DNA from: Desulfomonilales bacterium
Lineage (GTDB): Bacteria > Desulfobacterota > Desulfomonilia > Desulfomonilales > Desulfomonilaceae
Reading direction: 5' to 3'
Length of the DNA: 64,000 nucleotides
Assembly (NCBI GenBank): GCA_038250835.1
Contig: JBBSBY010000002.1
Coordinates: 21,087 to 85,086 of the forward strand
The notes beneath the pieces are model-generated. The model was not told where the DNA came from. It did not search any database and saw only the letters and a program-made list of their open reading frames with translations. The position numbers and the translations under genes are program-made. Numbering within the stretch: the first letter of the stretch is position 1; every line of letters begins with the position of its first letter. Below, piece by piece: positions 18,906 through 32,325 of this stretch.

Positions 18906-19745
18906 ATGCCTAAACCAGCACGCACTTTCGCAGTCGTTCTTACCCTCACGGCCGGGGCTCTTATACTGTTTTTTTTATCCATCAGAAACCCGGAATCAAC
19001 CAAACCGGCTTTTATTTACCGAATATTTGGACCAATCCAAGGCATTGTAACCGGGGCTCAAGATACCATTAAAGGCGTCTGGGAAAATTATCTAGACTTG
19101 CGACACGTAAGAGAGGAGAACCTCGTCTTAAAAGACGAAATTAAGAGATTGGGCCAAGAAAGAATCAATCTCTTGAGCAAGCAGAGTGAAAACATCCGGT
19201 TGAGAAAACTCCTTCAAATGAAATCGGATCATGAGTTCCCCACTGTAATGGCCGGGGTGATCGGAGAGGATTCAACCGGCTGGCGTCGCACCATTGTAGT
19301 TAATCGAGGCAAAGACGACGGAGTTAGCGCCAATATGGCTGTCGTTGTGGCCGAGGGTATAGTAGGTCGAGTCATTAAAAGTTTCGGCGGATTTTCTAAA
19401 GTGCTGCTGATTACGGACCCCAATATGACCGTTGATTGTCGTTCCATAAAGAGCAGAGACAGGGGGCTTGTAAGTGGATCTTTTCAAGGCCGTCTCATTA
19501 TGAGGTATATAAATCTGAATTCTAAAATCACTCTTGGTGATGAAATAGTCACATCCGGTTTGGATGGAATTTTCCCGGCGGGATTGTCTGTGGGGAAAGT
19601 TGAAAGTGTGAGAAAAGGCTCACAAGAATTATTTTTAGAAGCCGTTGTGGCGCCTTCCGTCGAATTCTCATCAATAGAAGAGGTCCTTATTATATTGGGA
19701 CAACATGGCGGATTTGATCTGGAGCCCACGAAGGATTTGAAATGA
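18906..19745 (+). CDS. mreC: Rod shape-determining protein MreC
   Basis: 279 aa. It has an N-terminal TM helix, a coiled coil (ENLVLKDEIKRLGQE), and beta-rich domains with the typical GIVGRV and GIFPAGLSVGKV segments. Confidence 0.9.
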   Translation: MPKPARTFAVVLTLTAGALILFFLSIRNPESTKPAFIYRIFGPIQGIVTGAQDTIKGVWENYLDLRHVREENLVLKDEIKRLGQERINLLSKQSENIRLRKLLQMKSDHEFPTVMAGVIGEDSTGWRRTIVVNRGKDDGVSANMAVVVAEGIVGRVIKSFGGFSKVLLITDPNMTVDCRSIKSRDRGLVSGSFQGRLIMRYINLNSKITLGDEIVTSGLDGIFPAGLSVGKVESVRKGSQELFLEAVVAPSVEFSSIEEVLIILGQHGGFDLEPTKDLK

Positions 19746-20242
19746 GAGACGCCATTTTCTTACTGTTGGTAGGCGCCGGGGCCCTTATTTTTCAAACGAC
19801 TATGACCGGAGTTTCCGATTACATGCCGCTTAAGCCCGATTTAGTCTTGGTAACCGTGGTATGGGCCGGCGTACGGGTGGACCTAACATCAGGTTCCATT
19901 TACGCGTTCGTAATCGGCATTGTAATGGATACTTTCTCCGGCTCTTACAACGGATTATCATCAATCATCTACTGCTCGGCTTTTGTAGTAAGCTCGTTTT
20001 ACCACGGTGTTTTCATGGTGGATACGGCTCTTGGGAGTCTATTCTCCATGTTCATAGCAGCCTTGATATCGGGAATCCTCAATGGTATAGTTCTTTTAAC
20101 TTTTGATTCAGTGAGTTTTAGCCCAATTATGGTTCTGTGGATTTTAACAAAAACGTTCCTCACGACTATAGCGTCTCTCTTGGTTTTTCCTGTTGTAGAT
20201 AATATGTACAAAACCTATACCAAGATACTCGGAATAGCGTAG
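19742..20242 (+). CDS. mreD: Rod shape-determining protein MreD
   Basis: 166 aa polytopic membrane protein. Its start overlaps the mreC stop, the canonical position. Confidence 0.8.
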   Translation: MRDAIFLLLVGAGALIFQTTMTGVSDYMPLKPDLVLVTVVWAGVRVDLTSGSIYAFVIGIVMDTFSGSYNGLSSIIYCSAFVVSSFYHGVFMVDTALGSLFSMFIAALISGILNGIVLLTFDSVSFSPIMVLWILTKTFLTTIASLLVFPVVDNMYKTYTKILGIA

Positions 20243-20281
20243 TCCCGCCTTCACAACTTCGCAAAAACTCTGAGATTACCA

Positions 20282-22144
20282 TTGCCGTTTAAAAGCAAAA
20301 CAACGATCATTAAAACCGGCAAGCTCGAGCCGGACAGATATGCTTTTCGAGCCAAAATAGCCGGCGTTTTCATGATGACGGCCTTGTTGCTGCTGACGGG
20401 GAAGCTGTGGTCTCTGCAACTTCTCCAATCGCAATCTTACGCGGAACAAGCCTATAACAATCGCGTCAGACTCGTCAGACTCCCGCCGTCAAGGGGTAAA
20501 ATCCTAGATTCAAAGGGTAGGGTGCTCGCTCAAAATATTCCGTCATTCACATTTTCAGTAATCCCCGCTGAACTGGAGAAAAATCGACTATTGATTCAGA
20601 CCTATTCTGAAATATTAGGTTTGCCTGAAGAACGTATTCGCTCATTAATTGACAGGAGTAGATCAGGTCCTAAATTTATAAATTTTCCAATCAAGAAGAA
20701 TTTGACTATCGAGGAAGTCAGCAGAATTGAATCAACATTGGCTGATCTCAAAGGGGCTACCCTCGAGACTAAACCACTGCGGAAGTATCCATTTAAAGAA
20801 TCATTATGTCACGTGATCGGCCATCTAGGTGAAATTTCAAGTGATGAATTATCGAAGAGCTCCCAATTGGGTTACCGTTCAGGGGACTTAATAGGGAAAT
20901 CGGGCATCGAAATTGAATATGAATCGCATTTGAAAGGTGAGGAGGGCTGGGAGCAGGTTGAAATCGACGCCAAAGGCCACAGGCTTGACAAAGTATCCAG
21001 ACGGGCGCCAAAGGCGGGGTCAGATGTAACTCTGACAATTGATGTCGAATTTCAAAAATATTTGGAAGATATTTTCTATCAGAGCGCAGGCGCCATTGTC
21101 GCTATCGATCCCGACACGGGACGAGTTCTGGCAATGGTTAGCAAACCCGCTTTTGATCTCAATATGTTCTCACCGAGCATTTCCGAGCGAAATTGGAAAG
21201 AATTGAACGGCGACCATTTGCATCCTCTTGAAAATCGATGTATTAGAGGCCTTTACTCACCTGCGAGCGCGTTCAAAATAATTACCGCTTTAGCAGTATT
21301 AAACGAAAAAGCGTTTTCTCCCGACCGACGTTTCATCTGCAAAGGTCAAATGGAAATTGGCGGTCAGATTTTCAGATGTTGGAATGCTCATGGGCACGGT
21401 TCAGTTAATCTTCATCGAGCGATAGTTGAGTCCTGCGACATCTATTTTTACGAAGCCGGCTTAAAGCTCGGTCCCGATAGAATTGCAAAATACGCTACTC
21501 TCTTTGGACTGGGGACTCCCACCTTTTGTGGATTGCCGCAAGAGCTGCCGGGTCTGGCGCCGACACCGAAATGGAAAGCCCGCGGGCATTCGGACCCATG
21601 GAAAGACGGGGAGACTATTACAATGTCCATTGGTCAGGGATACCTCGTGTCCACGCCGATCCAGTTGGCGGTAATGACCGCCGCCGTCGCCAATGGAGGC
21701 AGGCTTATGAGACCCGCAGTGGTTCAACGGATTACATCCAGCGACGGGGCCGTTACGTTTGAGCATACCCCCGTTGTTCGAAGTGAAATACAACTGAACC
21801 CCGGCATTATGGCTCAGGTTGAATCAGCCATGAAGGACGTCGTAATTGACCCGAAAGGAACCGGTAAAAAGTGCCGAATAGCCAATTTAAACATTTATGC
21901 AAAAACCGGCACTTCTCAGGTAATTCGCGCCAAAGAACGTATTAAAGAAGACGATCGTATCCCGTATCATGAACGAACTCACGCCATCTTTATTGCTTAT
22001 GTCAAGGATCAACCCAGGAAAATAGCTCTTGCCGTCATAGTGGAACATGGAGGAGGGGGCGGCTCCAGCGCAGGTCCCATAGCTCGTAAAGCGCTTGCGA
22101 AGTATTATGGGCTACCGGATCCCGGAGATTCCGAAGAAAAATAA
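20282..22144 (+). CDS. mrdA: Penicillin-binding protein 2 (elongasome transpeptidase)
   Basis: 620 aa with a TTG start. It has a PBP dimerisation domain plus a transpeptidase domain with SPASAFK (SxxK) and KTGTS (KTG) motifs. It lies between mreD and rodA. Confidence 0.93.
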   Translation: MPFKSKTTIIKTGKLEPDRYAFRAKIAGVFMMTALLLLTGKLWSLQLLQSQSYAEQAYNNRVRLVRLPPSRGKILDSKGRVLAQNIPSFTFSVIPAELEKNRLLIQTYSEILGLPEERIRSLIDRSRSGPKFINFPIKKNLTIEEVSRIESTLADLKGATLETKPLRKYPFKESLCHVIGHLGEISSDELSKSSQLGYRSGDLIGKSGIEIEYESHLKGEEGWEQVEIDAKGHRLDKVSRRAPKAGSDVTLTIDVEFQKYLEDIFYQSAGAIVAIDPDTGRVLAMVSKPAFDLNMFSPSISERNWKELNGDHLHPLENRCIRGLYSPASAFKIITALAVLNEKAFSPDRRFICKGQMEIGGQIFRCWNAHGHGSVNLHRAIVESCDIYFYEAGLKLGPDRIAKYATLFGLGTPTFCGLPQELPGLAPTPKWKARGHSDPWKDGETITMSIGQGYLVSTPIQLAVMTAAVANGGRLMRPAVVQRITSSDGAVTFEHTPVVRSEIQLNPGIMAQVESAMKDVVIDPKGTGKKCRIANLNIYAKTGTSQVIRAKERIKEDDRIPYHERTHAIFIAYVKDQPRKIALAVIVEHGGGGGSSAGPIARKALAKYYGLPDPGDSEEK

Positions 22145-22174
22145 TTTCCTACATCTCATGAATATTTACGGTAA

Positions 22175-23305
22175 ATGAAACCAAACGCCGCACACCTGAG
22201 CCGGAATCCCATGGCCAATTTTGATTGGACTTTGGCATCGCTGACTTTGATTCTCACCGGCATAGGTTTGATTTTAATCTATAGCGCGGTGTCTCCTATG
22301 GGAGAAGCCGGCAAAATTTTTATCACGCGACAAATTTTGTGGTGCCTTTTGGCCATGATAATGTCCGCGGTATTTCTTTTGTTTGATTATTCTTTCTTGG
22401 AAGATTGGGCTTTTTGGCTGTATGCCTCCATCATTCTAAGTCTTCTAATTGTATGGGCGGTTGGAAGAGTCACGGCGGGGTCTCGGCGATGGATTGAAAT
22501 TGGTTTCATGAGATTTCAACCATCGGAGTTTGCAAAGCCCATCATAGTAGTAATTCTGGCGAAATACCTTAGCACTCGAGAAAACCAAAGCTCTCTTTCG
22601 CTTCCGGAGTTGGTTAGACTAATGGCGATTGTTCTGGCGCCGGCCCTTTTGGTGCTTGCTCAACCGGATTTAGGAACCGCCATAGTTATATTGCTGATTT
22701 CGGTCTCTTTAATATTATTTGTTGGAATAAGTCGAAATGCCTTTGTGGTGATCGGCTTGTTTGCGGGGGCGGCAATCCCGCTGCTGATCTATTTGGGAGA
22801 CAAAATCCTACTTGATTACCAAAAAAAGCGAATCATAACTTTTCTTTACCCGGATTCCGATCCATTGGGGGCCGGATACCACATTGTGCAATCTCAAATC
22901 GCAATAGGCTCGGGGGGAGTTTTCGGTTCAGGCTTTCTTCAAGGAACTCAGAATCAGCTAATGTTTCTGCCGGTCAAGCACACGGATTTTATATTTAGCA
23001 TACTTGCGGAAGAGTGGGGCTTCTTAGGTTGTTTAGCTTTATTCGTGCTGTTCGGCTTACTTTTCATTAAAAGCCTAACGATTGTGGGCAAGGCTAGGAA
23101 TGAATTCGGCGCGCTGCTGGCATTCGGGGCAATCTCAATAATTTTTTGGCACGTGTTCATCAATACTGGAATGGTAATGGGGCTTTTGCCCGTAGTCGGG
23201 GTTCCGCTAAGCTTCATAAGCTATGGCGGTTCATCCTTGATGGCGGGCTATTTTTGTGTTTCCATGGTTCTAAATGTTTCAATGAGGCGTTTTCATTATA
23301 AATGA
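22175..23305 (+). CDS. rodA: SEDS glycosyltransferase RodA
   Basis: 376 aa of the FtsW/RodA/SpoVE family (RFQPSEFAKP, TDFIFSILAEEWGF, PLSFISYGGSS). An alternative start is at 22211. Confidence 0.93.
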   Translation: MKPNAAHLSRNPMANFDWTLASLTLILTGIGLILIYSAVSPMGEAGKIFITRQILWCLLAMIMSAVFLLFDYSFLEDWAFWLYASIILSLLIVWAVGRVTAGSRRWIEIGFMRFQPSEFAKPIIVVILAKYLSTRENQSSLSLPELVRLMAIVLAPALLVLAQPDLGTAIVILLISVSLILFVGISRNAFVVIGLFAGAAIPLLIYLGDKILLDYQKKRIITFLYPDSDPLGAGYHIVQSQIAIGSGGVFGSGFLQGTQNQLMFLPVKHTDFIFSILAEEWGFLGCLALFVLFGLLFIKSLTIVGKARNEFGALLAFGAISIIFWHVFINTGMVMGLLPVVGVPLSFISYGGSSLMAGYFCVSMVLNVSMRRFHYK

Positions 23306-23443
23306 TTATAAAATAGTTCTGAGCGGACCGGGGACTAATTGTTGCTTAATTTTCCTTGAATTTAACGGTAAGTGTGTGTTAATCAAAACCCTGCTTGCCT
23401 CGGCAAGAATTGCGATAATCCACCCGATGTTCATGGAGGCGAA

Positions 23444-23944
23444 ATGCTGGGCTTTAGAAAAGGAAAAACTGACGCTGTAAGCGGATTTCTCGGGGCCCAA
23501 ACGGAATTTGTAGGCAAACTGGCATTTTCCGGGGTGGTGCATCTAGACGGTGTATTCCATGGAGAAATAATAAGCAGAGGGGTGCTTGTTGTCGGGAGTG
23601 AGTCGGTTGTCAACGCATCCATTCATTCCGCGGTGCTAAAGATTTCGGGCGAGGTTCACGGTGACATAATTGCCACTGAAAGGCTTGAGATGTACCCCCC
23701 CGCGAAAGTCTACGGGAGCGTTAAAAGTCCGGTTCTCGTAATCGAAGAGGGCGTAGTATTCGAAGGATCTTGCAGCATGATATCTTCGGCCCCCGAACTT
23801 GGTCCCTTGGTTGAACCCGAGGAAGACAACATGGACGGCGAAACCGCGGATAGCATTTCCGCCCAGGCGTGGTCCCCGGAATATGAAGATGAATTGGAGA
23901 ATGAAGAACACTCGAAAGACGCGGCGCATAAATCAGGATCATAA
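23444..23944 (+). CDS. Bactofilin (DUF583 polymer-forming cytoskeletal protein)
   Basis: It has repetitive beta-helix-like segments (GKLAFSGVVHLDGVFHGEI..., ISGEVHGDIIA...VYGSVKSP...EGVVFEGS), a short basic N-terminus MLGFRKGK and an acidic tail. I trimmed the start to the ATG at 23444, which is preceded by GGAGG. Confidence 0.85.
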   Translation: MLGFRKGKTDAVSGFLGAQTEFVGKLAFSGVVHLDGVFHGEIISRGVLVVGSESVVNASIHSAVLKISGEVHGDIIATERLEMYPPAKVYGSVKSPVLVIEEGVVFEGSCSMISSAPELGPLVEPEEDNMDGETADSISAQAWSPEYEDELENEEHSKDAAHKSGS

Positions 23945-24086
23945 GCCGCGACAAGTTTGTTACCCCAAAACGCGGCATTAATCAGCGTCGAATTGTTTTT
24001 TAATCGTCGACCATCCGGAATCACCTTTATTTCTGCGTCCGTTCACATAGATCTATTCTGCAGTCTCTTATAGCCCGGAAAAAGTC

Positions 24087-24116
24087 TTGACAAGGATTGC
24101 ATGAGGGTATTAGTAT
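24087..24116 (+). promoter_or_regulatory. Candidate sigma70 promoter of the atp operon
   Basis: It reads TTGACA, an 18-nt spacer, then TAGTAT, about 130 nt upstream of the atpF' start. Confidence 0.5.
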
Positions 24117-24246
24117 ACCGATTCATTCTTGGTTTGAGTCATACACTATTCCTCAAAAGAAAATCAGGTGTTTGGTAGACCGGTTGACTCCGAACGGGAG
24201 GTACGCCGCAGATTGTAAAATTTCGCGATCCGGGAGAATTACGCCA

Positions 24247-24675
24247 GTGATTAACTTAAATTTAACTTTGTTCATTCAGTTGATCAATTTCCTGGCTTTG
24301 CTCGTCATCCTGAACGAAATCCTGTATAAACCTATCATGGCAAAAATGCGGGAGCGTGAAGCGCTGATTCGAAAAGACCAGGAAAAAGCTCTGGATCTGG
24401 AGCAGCAGATTCTGGCCCAGGAGAATCAGCATCAGGAGGAACTTGCCGAAGCGAGGCAAACTGCCGCCCAAGAGAAAAGCGAATTAATTCAAGGGGCCAA
24501 GAAGAACGAAGGCGAGATACTGGACAGAGCCAGAGCCGAAGCCGCTGGAATCGTCGATGAGATGAAACGCTCCATTGACGCGGACGCGGAAGAAGTGCGA
24601 AAAACACTGGAAGCTCAGATGGCCCCCCTTGCCCGTTCGATTGCCTCTAAAATTTTGGGGAGGGCAGTGCAATGA
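24247..24675 (+). CDS. ATP synthase Fo subunit b'
   Basis: It has one N-terminal TM helix (LTLFIQLINFLALLVILNEILYKPI) followed by a long charged helix. It is the first of two tandem b-type genes. I trimmed the start to the GTG at 24247, preceded by GGGAGA; the track ORF starts at 24097. Confidence 0.8.
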   Translation: MINLNLTLFIQLINFLALLVILNEILYKPIMAKMREREALIRKDQEKALDLEQQILAQENQHQEELAEARQTAAQEKSELIQGAKKNEGEILDRARAEAAGIVDEMKRSIDADAEEVRKTLEAQMAPLARSIASKILGRAVQ

Positions 24676-25240
24676 ACCTTTCGAGAGTGATTGTCTCATT
24701 TGCGCTCACTCTGGTGGCTACAACGGCTTTTGCAGCCTCGGCAGGTCATGCGGAGGCCAGCCCTTGGACCACCACCATGTTGGTTTGGCGTGTAATAAAC
24801 ACAATCGCCTTATTGGCTCTCCTCGTTTACTTCCTCAAAAAACCGCTCGTTACATTCCTGCACGAAAGAAAAGCTCAAATTAAGCGAGACCTCGAAGACG
24901 CTAAACAGCAACGTGAAGATGCTGAAAAGTTAATCGCGGAATATAAGACGAAAATTGCAGGCATGGAGCAAGAGCTGGACCGCATGCGAGCGGAGTTGAA
25001 AAAGATTTCCGATGCCGAAAGCGACAAGGTTGTTGATAACGCGAACCGTATGGCCGCAAGCATCATCGAATCGGCTCGTTTAGCCGCCGAGCAGGAAGTA
25101 CGCAAAGCTAAGGCCACCTTAAAGAACGAGGCGGTCCAATTGGCTGTTAAATTGGCGGAATCCCTCATTCGCGAGAAGATTAACGAAGATGATCGCAAGA
25201 AATTAGTTGAGGATTATTTTGTCAAAGTCGGGGGTACGAA

Positions 25241-25244
<4 letters not shown>
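24672..25244 (+). CDS. atpF: ATP synthase Fo subunit b
   Basis: 190 aa with a TM helix and a long charged coiled helix. It sits directly upstream of atpH, and its start overlaps the b' stop. Confidence 0.85.
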
Positions 25245-27312
<2,068 letters not shown>

Positions 27313-27357
27313 TCCTGCGGACAGCGGTTCAAGGAACTAGAATAGGCAGAGGTCGAT

Positions 27358-28221
27358 ATGGCAAACCTCAGAGATATTCGCAAGCGCATAGCAAGCGTTA
27401 AGAATACACAGAAAATCACTAACGCCATGAAAATGGTGTCTGCGGCTAAGTTGCGGAGGGCGGAAGAAGCGATCAAGTCCGCCCGCCCGTTTTCTGAGAA
27501 AATGAGAGAGGTGCTTTTATCACTTGCGCAGAGGGTGGATCCGAGTGTTCATCCGATGCTCGAGGTTAAGCCCGCCCAGCAAGCGCTGATGATTGAAATC
27601 ACTGCGGATAGGGGACTCTGCGGCGCCTTCAACGCCAACCTCAACCGTAGGACGGAAGCATTCGTCAAACAAATGTCCGGACAAGGCGTGAAAGTAGATT
27701 TGGTGAATGTAGGCCGCAAAGGTAATGATTATTTTCGTAGGCGTCCTGTAGAAATCGTTGATCGATTCACAAATGTCATGAATTCGGTCAACTTTGAACT
27801 GGCAGGTCGCATAGTTAATTCGGTTAGTGAAAAATATTCGACCGGAGAGTATCAGGAAGTCTACATTATTTACAATAGCTTTCGCACAGCCGTAACACAG
27901 GTTCTGACTTTACGGAGATTACTGCCGGTTACCCCGGAGGAAGAGGGCTGGACAAGAAGAAGAGAATATCTGTATGAACCGTCGGAGGAAGATTTACTCC
28001 GTGAAATATTGCCCCGTTACATACAGGTTCAAGTCTTCACAAGCCTGTTGGACTCCGTAGCTTCTGAGCACGGCGCCCGAATGACGGCTATGGAGGCCGC
28101 AACTACCAACGCGGAAGAGATGATACACAAACTGACGCTTAAATTGAACCGTCTACGTCAGGAATCGATCACAACCGAATTAATGGAAATTATCGGCGGC
28201 GCCGAGGCGCTAAAAGGTTAG
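27358..28221 (+). CDS. atpG: ATP synthase F1 subunit gamma
   Basis: 287 aa. The N-terminus is MANLRDIRKRIASVKNTQKITNAMKMVSAAKLRRA and the C-terminus is ITTELMEIIGGAEAL. Confidence 0.96.
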   Translation: MANLRDIRKRIASVKNTQKITNAMKMVSAAKLRRAEEAIKSARPFSEKMREVLLSLAQRVDPSVHPMLEVKPAQQALMIEITADRGLCGAFNANLNRRTEAFVKQMSGQGVKVDLVNVGRKGNDYFRRRPVEIVDRFTNVMNSVNFELAGRIVNSVSEKYSTGEYQEVYIIYNSFRTAVTQVLTLRRLLPVTPEEEGWTRRREYLYEPSEEDLLREILPRYIQVQVFTSLLDSVASEHGARMTAMEAATTNAEEMIHKLTLKLNRLRQESITTELMEIIGGAEALKG

Positions 28222-29724
<1,503 letters not shown>

Positions 29725-29735
29725 GGGAGTGGCCT

Positions 29736-30149
29736 ATGTCGGAACAATTTAAGGTCGAAGTGGTAACTCCCACCGGAGTCATCCTCGATAAAATGGTTGA
29801 AGAAGTCATAGCTCCAGGCATCATGGGTGAGTTTGGCGTGCTGATCGGCCACACTCCCATGTTGACTTTCATCAGACCCGGAATTTTTTCTTATCTCGAG
29901 AACGATAAATTCACGAAATTCGCCGTAGGCGCGGGCTTCTGTGAAGTTCTTAAGAATTCGGTCACAGTATTGGTGGATGAAGCCTACAGAGTCGAAGAGA
30001 TTGACCGAGCTACTATTGCAGCTGATATTCTTGCTCTCGAACAACAGCTCGTGGAAATCGACGCTGCGTCGAATCCTGCCGCGCATACGGCAGCAATGAA
30101 TAAGTTGAAGATAGCTCGAGCGAAATCTACTTTGGTTTCAGGTAACTAG
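29736..30149 (+). CDS. atpC: ATP synthase F1 subunit epsilon
   Basis: 137 aa. It is the last gene of the operon and has a typical N-terminal beta-sandwich sequence (VEVVTPTGVILD...VIAPGIMGEFGVLIGHTPMLT). Confidence 0.93.
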   Translation: MSEQFKVEVVTPTGVILDKMVEEVIAPGIMGEFGVLIGHTPMLTFIRPGIFSYLENDKFTKFAVGAGFCEVLKNSVTVLVDEAYRVEEIDRATIAADILALEQQLVEIDAASNPAAHTAAMNKLKIARAKSTLVSGN

Positions 30150-30304
30150 TTATTGGACATGTAGTATCCAAGAATTCGTCCGCCTGCATATATTTAGAAG
30201 CTCAGTGAGTTTTAAATGCAGGCAACCCGACACTAATAACTCAGACTGTGCGCCATAAAGATTTCAGTTAAACTCGATGGTTAAGTTGTAGATCTAACAA
30301 TGTC

Positions 30305-30335
30305 GAGCCCCGGTTAATGCCGGGGCTCTTCTTGT
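30305..30335 (+). terminator. Rho-independent terminator of the atp operon
   Basis: It reads GAGCCCCGG-TTAATG-CCGGGGCTC (perfect 9-bp stem) followed by TTCTTGT. Confidence 0.6.
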
Positions 30336-30377
30336 CTGCTGATTGACATCTGTTAAGCATTTTCGTATAATTATATA

Positions 30378-31031
30378 TTGGGGGAGAGATTATCTAGTTC
30401 ACCGGGATCTAACACCATGAGCAATGATCAGCATGACGGCCGCGATGGCGCCAACGAGTCAACCTCTGTTTTGTCGCTTCCCTCCGTAATACAAAAATCC
30501 GCAGAATTGATTCAATCAGACCAGGTGGATCAGGCTTTAGAGTTGCTCCGCTCTATAGAACGCGATTACATCCAGGGAGCGCAACTCTTTGATCTGCTGG
30601 GTGACGCTCTCCTTCGGCAGGGGCAAATTGAAGTAGGTATCCGTTATAAGACAATGTTTGAAGTGCTCAGGGGAACCTTTCGCATCCTCCAGGAAAAACG
30701 CCTGTCCAGCCAGATTCAGACAGAGAGCGCTCTGTCCGGCAAACTCAAAACATCTGATGAATTACATCTCGATCCGGATGAGAATCATCCCCACGAAGAA
30801 GTCGGATTGCCTGCGACTCTCTCCATGGGACATGAACTCATGAGACAAGGACATTATGATAAGGCGCTGGAGATCTACAGAAAATTAGCCGGCCGCAATC
30901 CCGGAGATCCGCAATTTGAGCAGCATATGGAAAAAGCTAAGAAGAAACGAAACGAAAAGGAATTATTAGGGGTGCTGCAACATTGGTTGAGTAATATTGA
31001 TCAAATCAAATCCGGAAGAACGAAAGAGTGA
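30378..31031 (+). CDS. Hypothetical protein with TPR-like helical repeats
   Basis: 217 aa. It has a TPR-like segment (MGHELMRQGHYDKALEIYRKLAGRNPGDPQF). Its stop overlaps the next gene by 4 nt, which suggests co-translation. The start is uncertain: TTG at 30378 or ATG at 30417. Confidence 0.55.
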   Translation: MGERLSSSPGSNTMSNDQHDGRDGANESTSVLSLPSVIQKSAELIQSDQVDQALELLRSIERDYIQGAQLFDLLGDALLRQGQIEVGIRYKTMFEVLRGTFRILQEKRLSSQIQTESALSGKLKTSDELHLDPDENHPHEEVGLPATLSMGHELMRQGHYDKALEIYRKLAGRNPGDPQFEQHMEKAKKKRNEKELLGVLQHWLSNIDQIKSGRTKE

Positions 31032-32116
31032 TGTCGACCTCAATCAATAATTTGCATGCCAAGCTTAAAAGTTTGGGAGCCGAAGCCGTGCTTTTTAACA
31101 GCTCGGAGTTTCTTCCATCCGTGAATCTACGTTATTTATCCGGATTCACCGGCTCGGATGCGTCGTTACTGATCACCAACTCTGAACGTCATTTTTTTAC
31201 TGATGGCCGTTACGATACCCAGGCTCAGCAGGAGATATCAGGATTTCAGATTCACATACAACGTGATAAATTCAAGAAAATTGTGAGCCTACTTAAGAGA
31301 TTAAAGATCCGGAATCTCGCTGTTGAAGCTCCTAGAATCAGCTACGCGTTTGGGACCGAGTTGATCAAGAAGACGGGCGTGAAGCTAATTTCCCTCAAAC
31401 GTGATTATTTAGAGAAATTCCGGATTCTAAAAACTCCGGAGGAGCGGAACGAAATTGCCAAAGCTGCGCAAATAGCCTCCGATGCCTGTGGAAATTTAAT
31501 TGCGCAGGGGCTATCAGGTAAAAGAGAGTTTGAAGTAGCTGCCGAGCTGGAAAACTTATTCCGCACGGGAGGGGCTTCAGGAACAGCGTTCGACACCATA
31601 GTGGCTTCCGGGGAAAGAAGCGCTCTGCCGCATGGAACCGCCACGTCTAAAAAAATCAAGAAGGGCGAACTGGTCATACTCGACTACGGTTGCAGTTTAG
31701 CTTCAGGTTACAGAAGTGATGAAACCGTAACATGCATTGTCGGAACTCCGTCACAGGAACAGAAGAAAATCTATGAGGCGGTTCATCGCGCCCATGACAA
31801 AGCTTTAGCAGCGGCAAAAGTCGGTGTTAAAGTCGTAGATTTGGACAAAGTAGCGCGGAATGAAATTGATGAAGCCGGTTACGGGAAGTTTTTCATGCAC
31901 TCACTAGGTCACGGACTCGGATTGGAAACCCATGAGCCGCCTTATCTTTCGCCAAAAGGCCGAGGTGTTTTGCAGGCCGGCATGGTGTTCACCATAGAAC
32001 CGGGAGTATACATTCAAGGGGTTGGTGGTGTGAGATTGGAAAGTTTGGTGTATCTCGGGTCCTCGGCACCTGATGTCTTATCCGGTATGGAAAAGAAGCT
32101 AATCAAAGTAAAGTGA
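31028..32116 (+). CDS. Xaa-Pro aminopeptidase/dipeptidase (M24B family)
   Basis: 362 aa with a creatinase-like N-domain and a pita-bread fold. Metal ligand motifs are ILDYGC, HSLGHGLGLETHE and FTIEPGVY. Confidence 0.9.
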   Translation: MMSTSINNLHAKLKSLGAEAVLFNSSEFLPSVNLRYLSGFTGSDASLLITNSERHFFTDGRYDTQAQQEISGFQIHIQRDKFKKIVSLLKRLKIRNLAVEAPRISYAFGTELIKKTGVKLISLKRDYLEKFRILKTPEERNEIAKAAQIASDACGNLIAQGLSGKREFEVAAELENLFRTGGASGTAFDTIVASGERSALPHGTATSKKIKKGELVILDYGCSLASGYRSDETVTCIVGTPSQEQKKIYEAVHRAHDKALAAAKVGVKVVDLDKVARNEIDEAGYGKFFMHSLGHGLGLETHEPPYLSPKGRGVLQAGMVFTIEPGVYIQGVGGVRLESLVYLGSSAPDVLSGMEKKLIKVK

Positions 32117-32325
32117 TAATCCGCATTCTCGCTTTTCGAATCATTTTCAAGGTATTTAATCCATTTGCACAAATTATCTTGGTTGTTGCGCCGTGCGAGT
32201 GCCAAAAACTCTGCTACGCGCAGTAATCCGGCTATGAGATTGCCTGAACAATACACAGTCTTATATGCTCAGGAAAAGTTATGAAAATAATCGGTATAAT
32301 TACAAATATATTAGGAGAATAAAGA

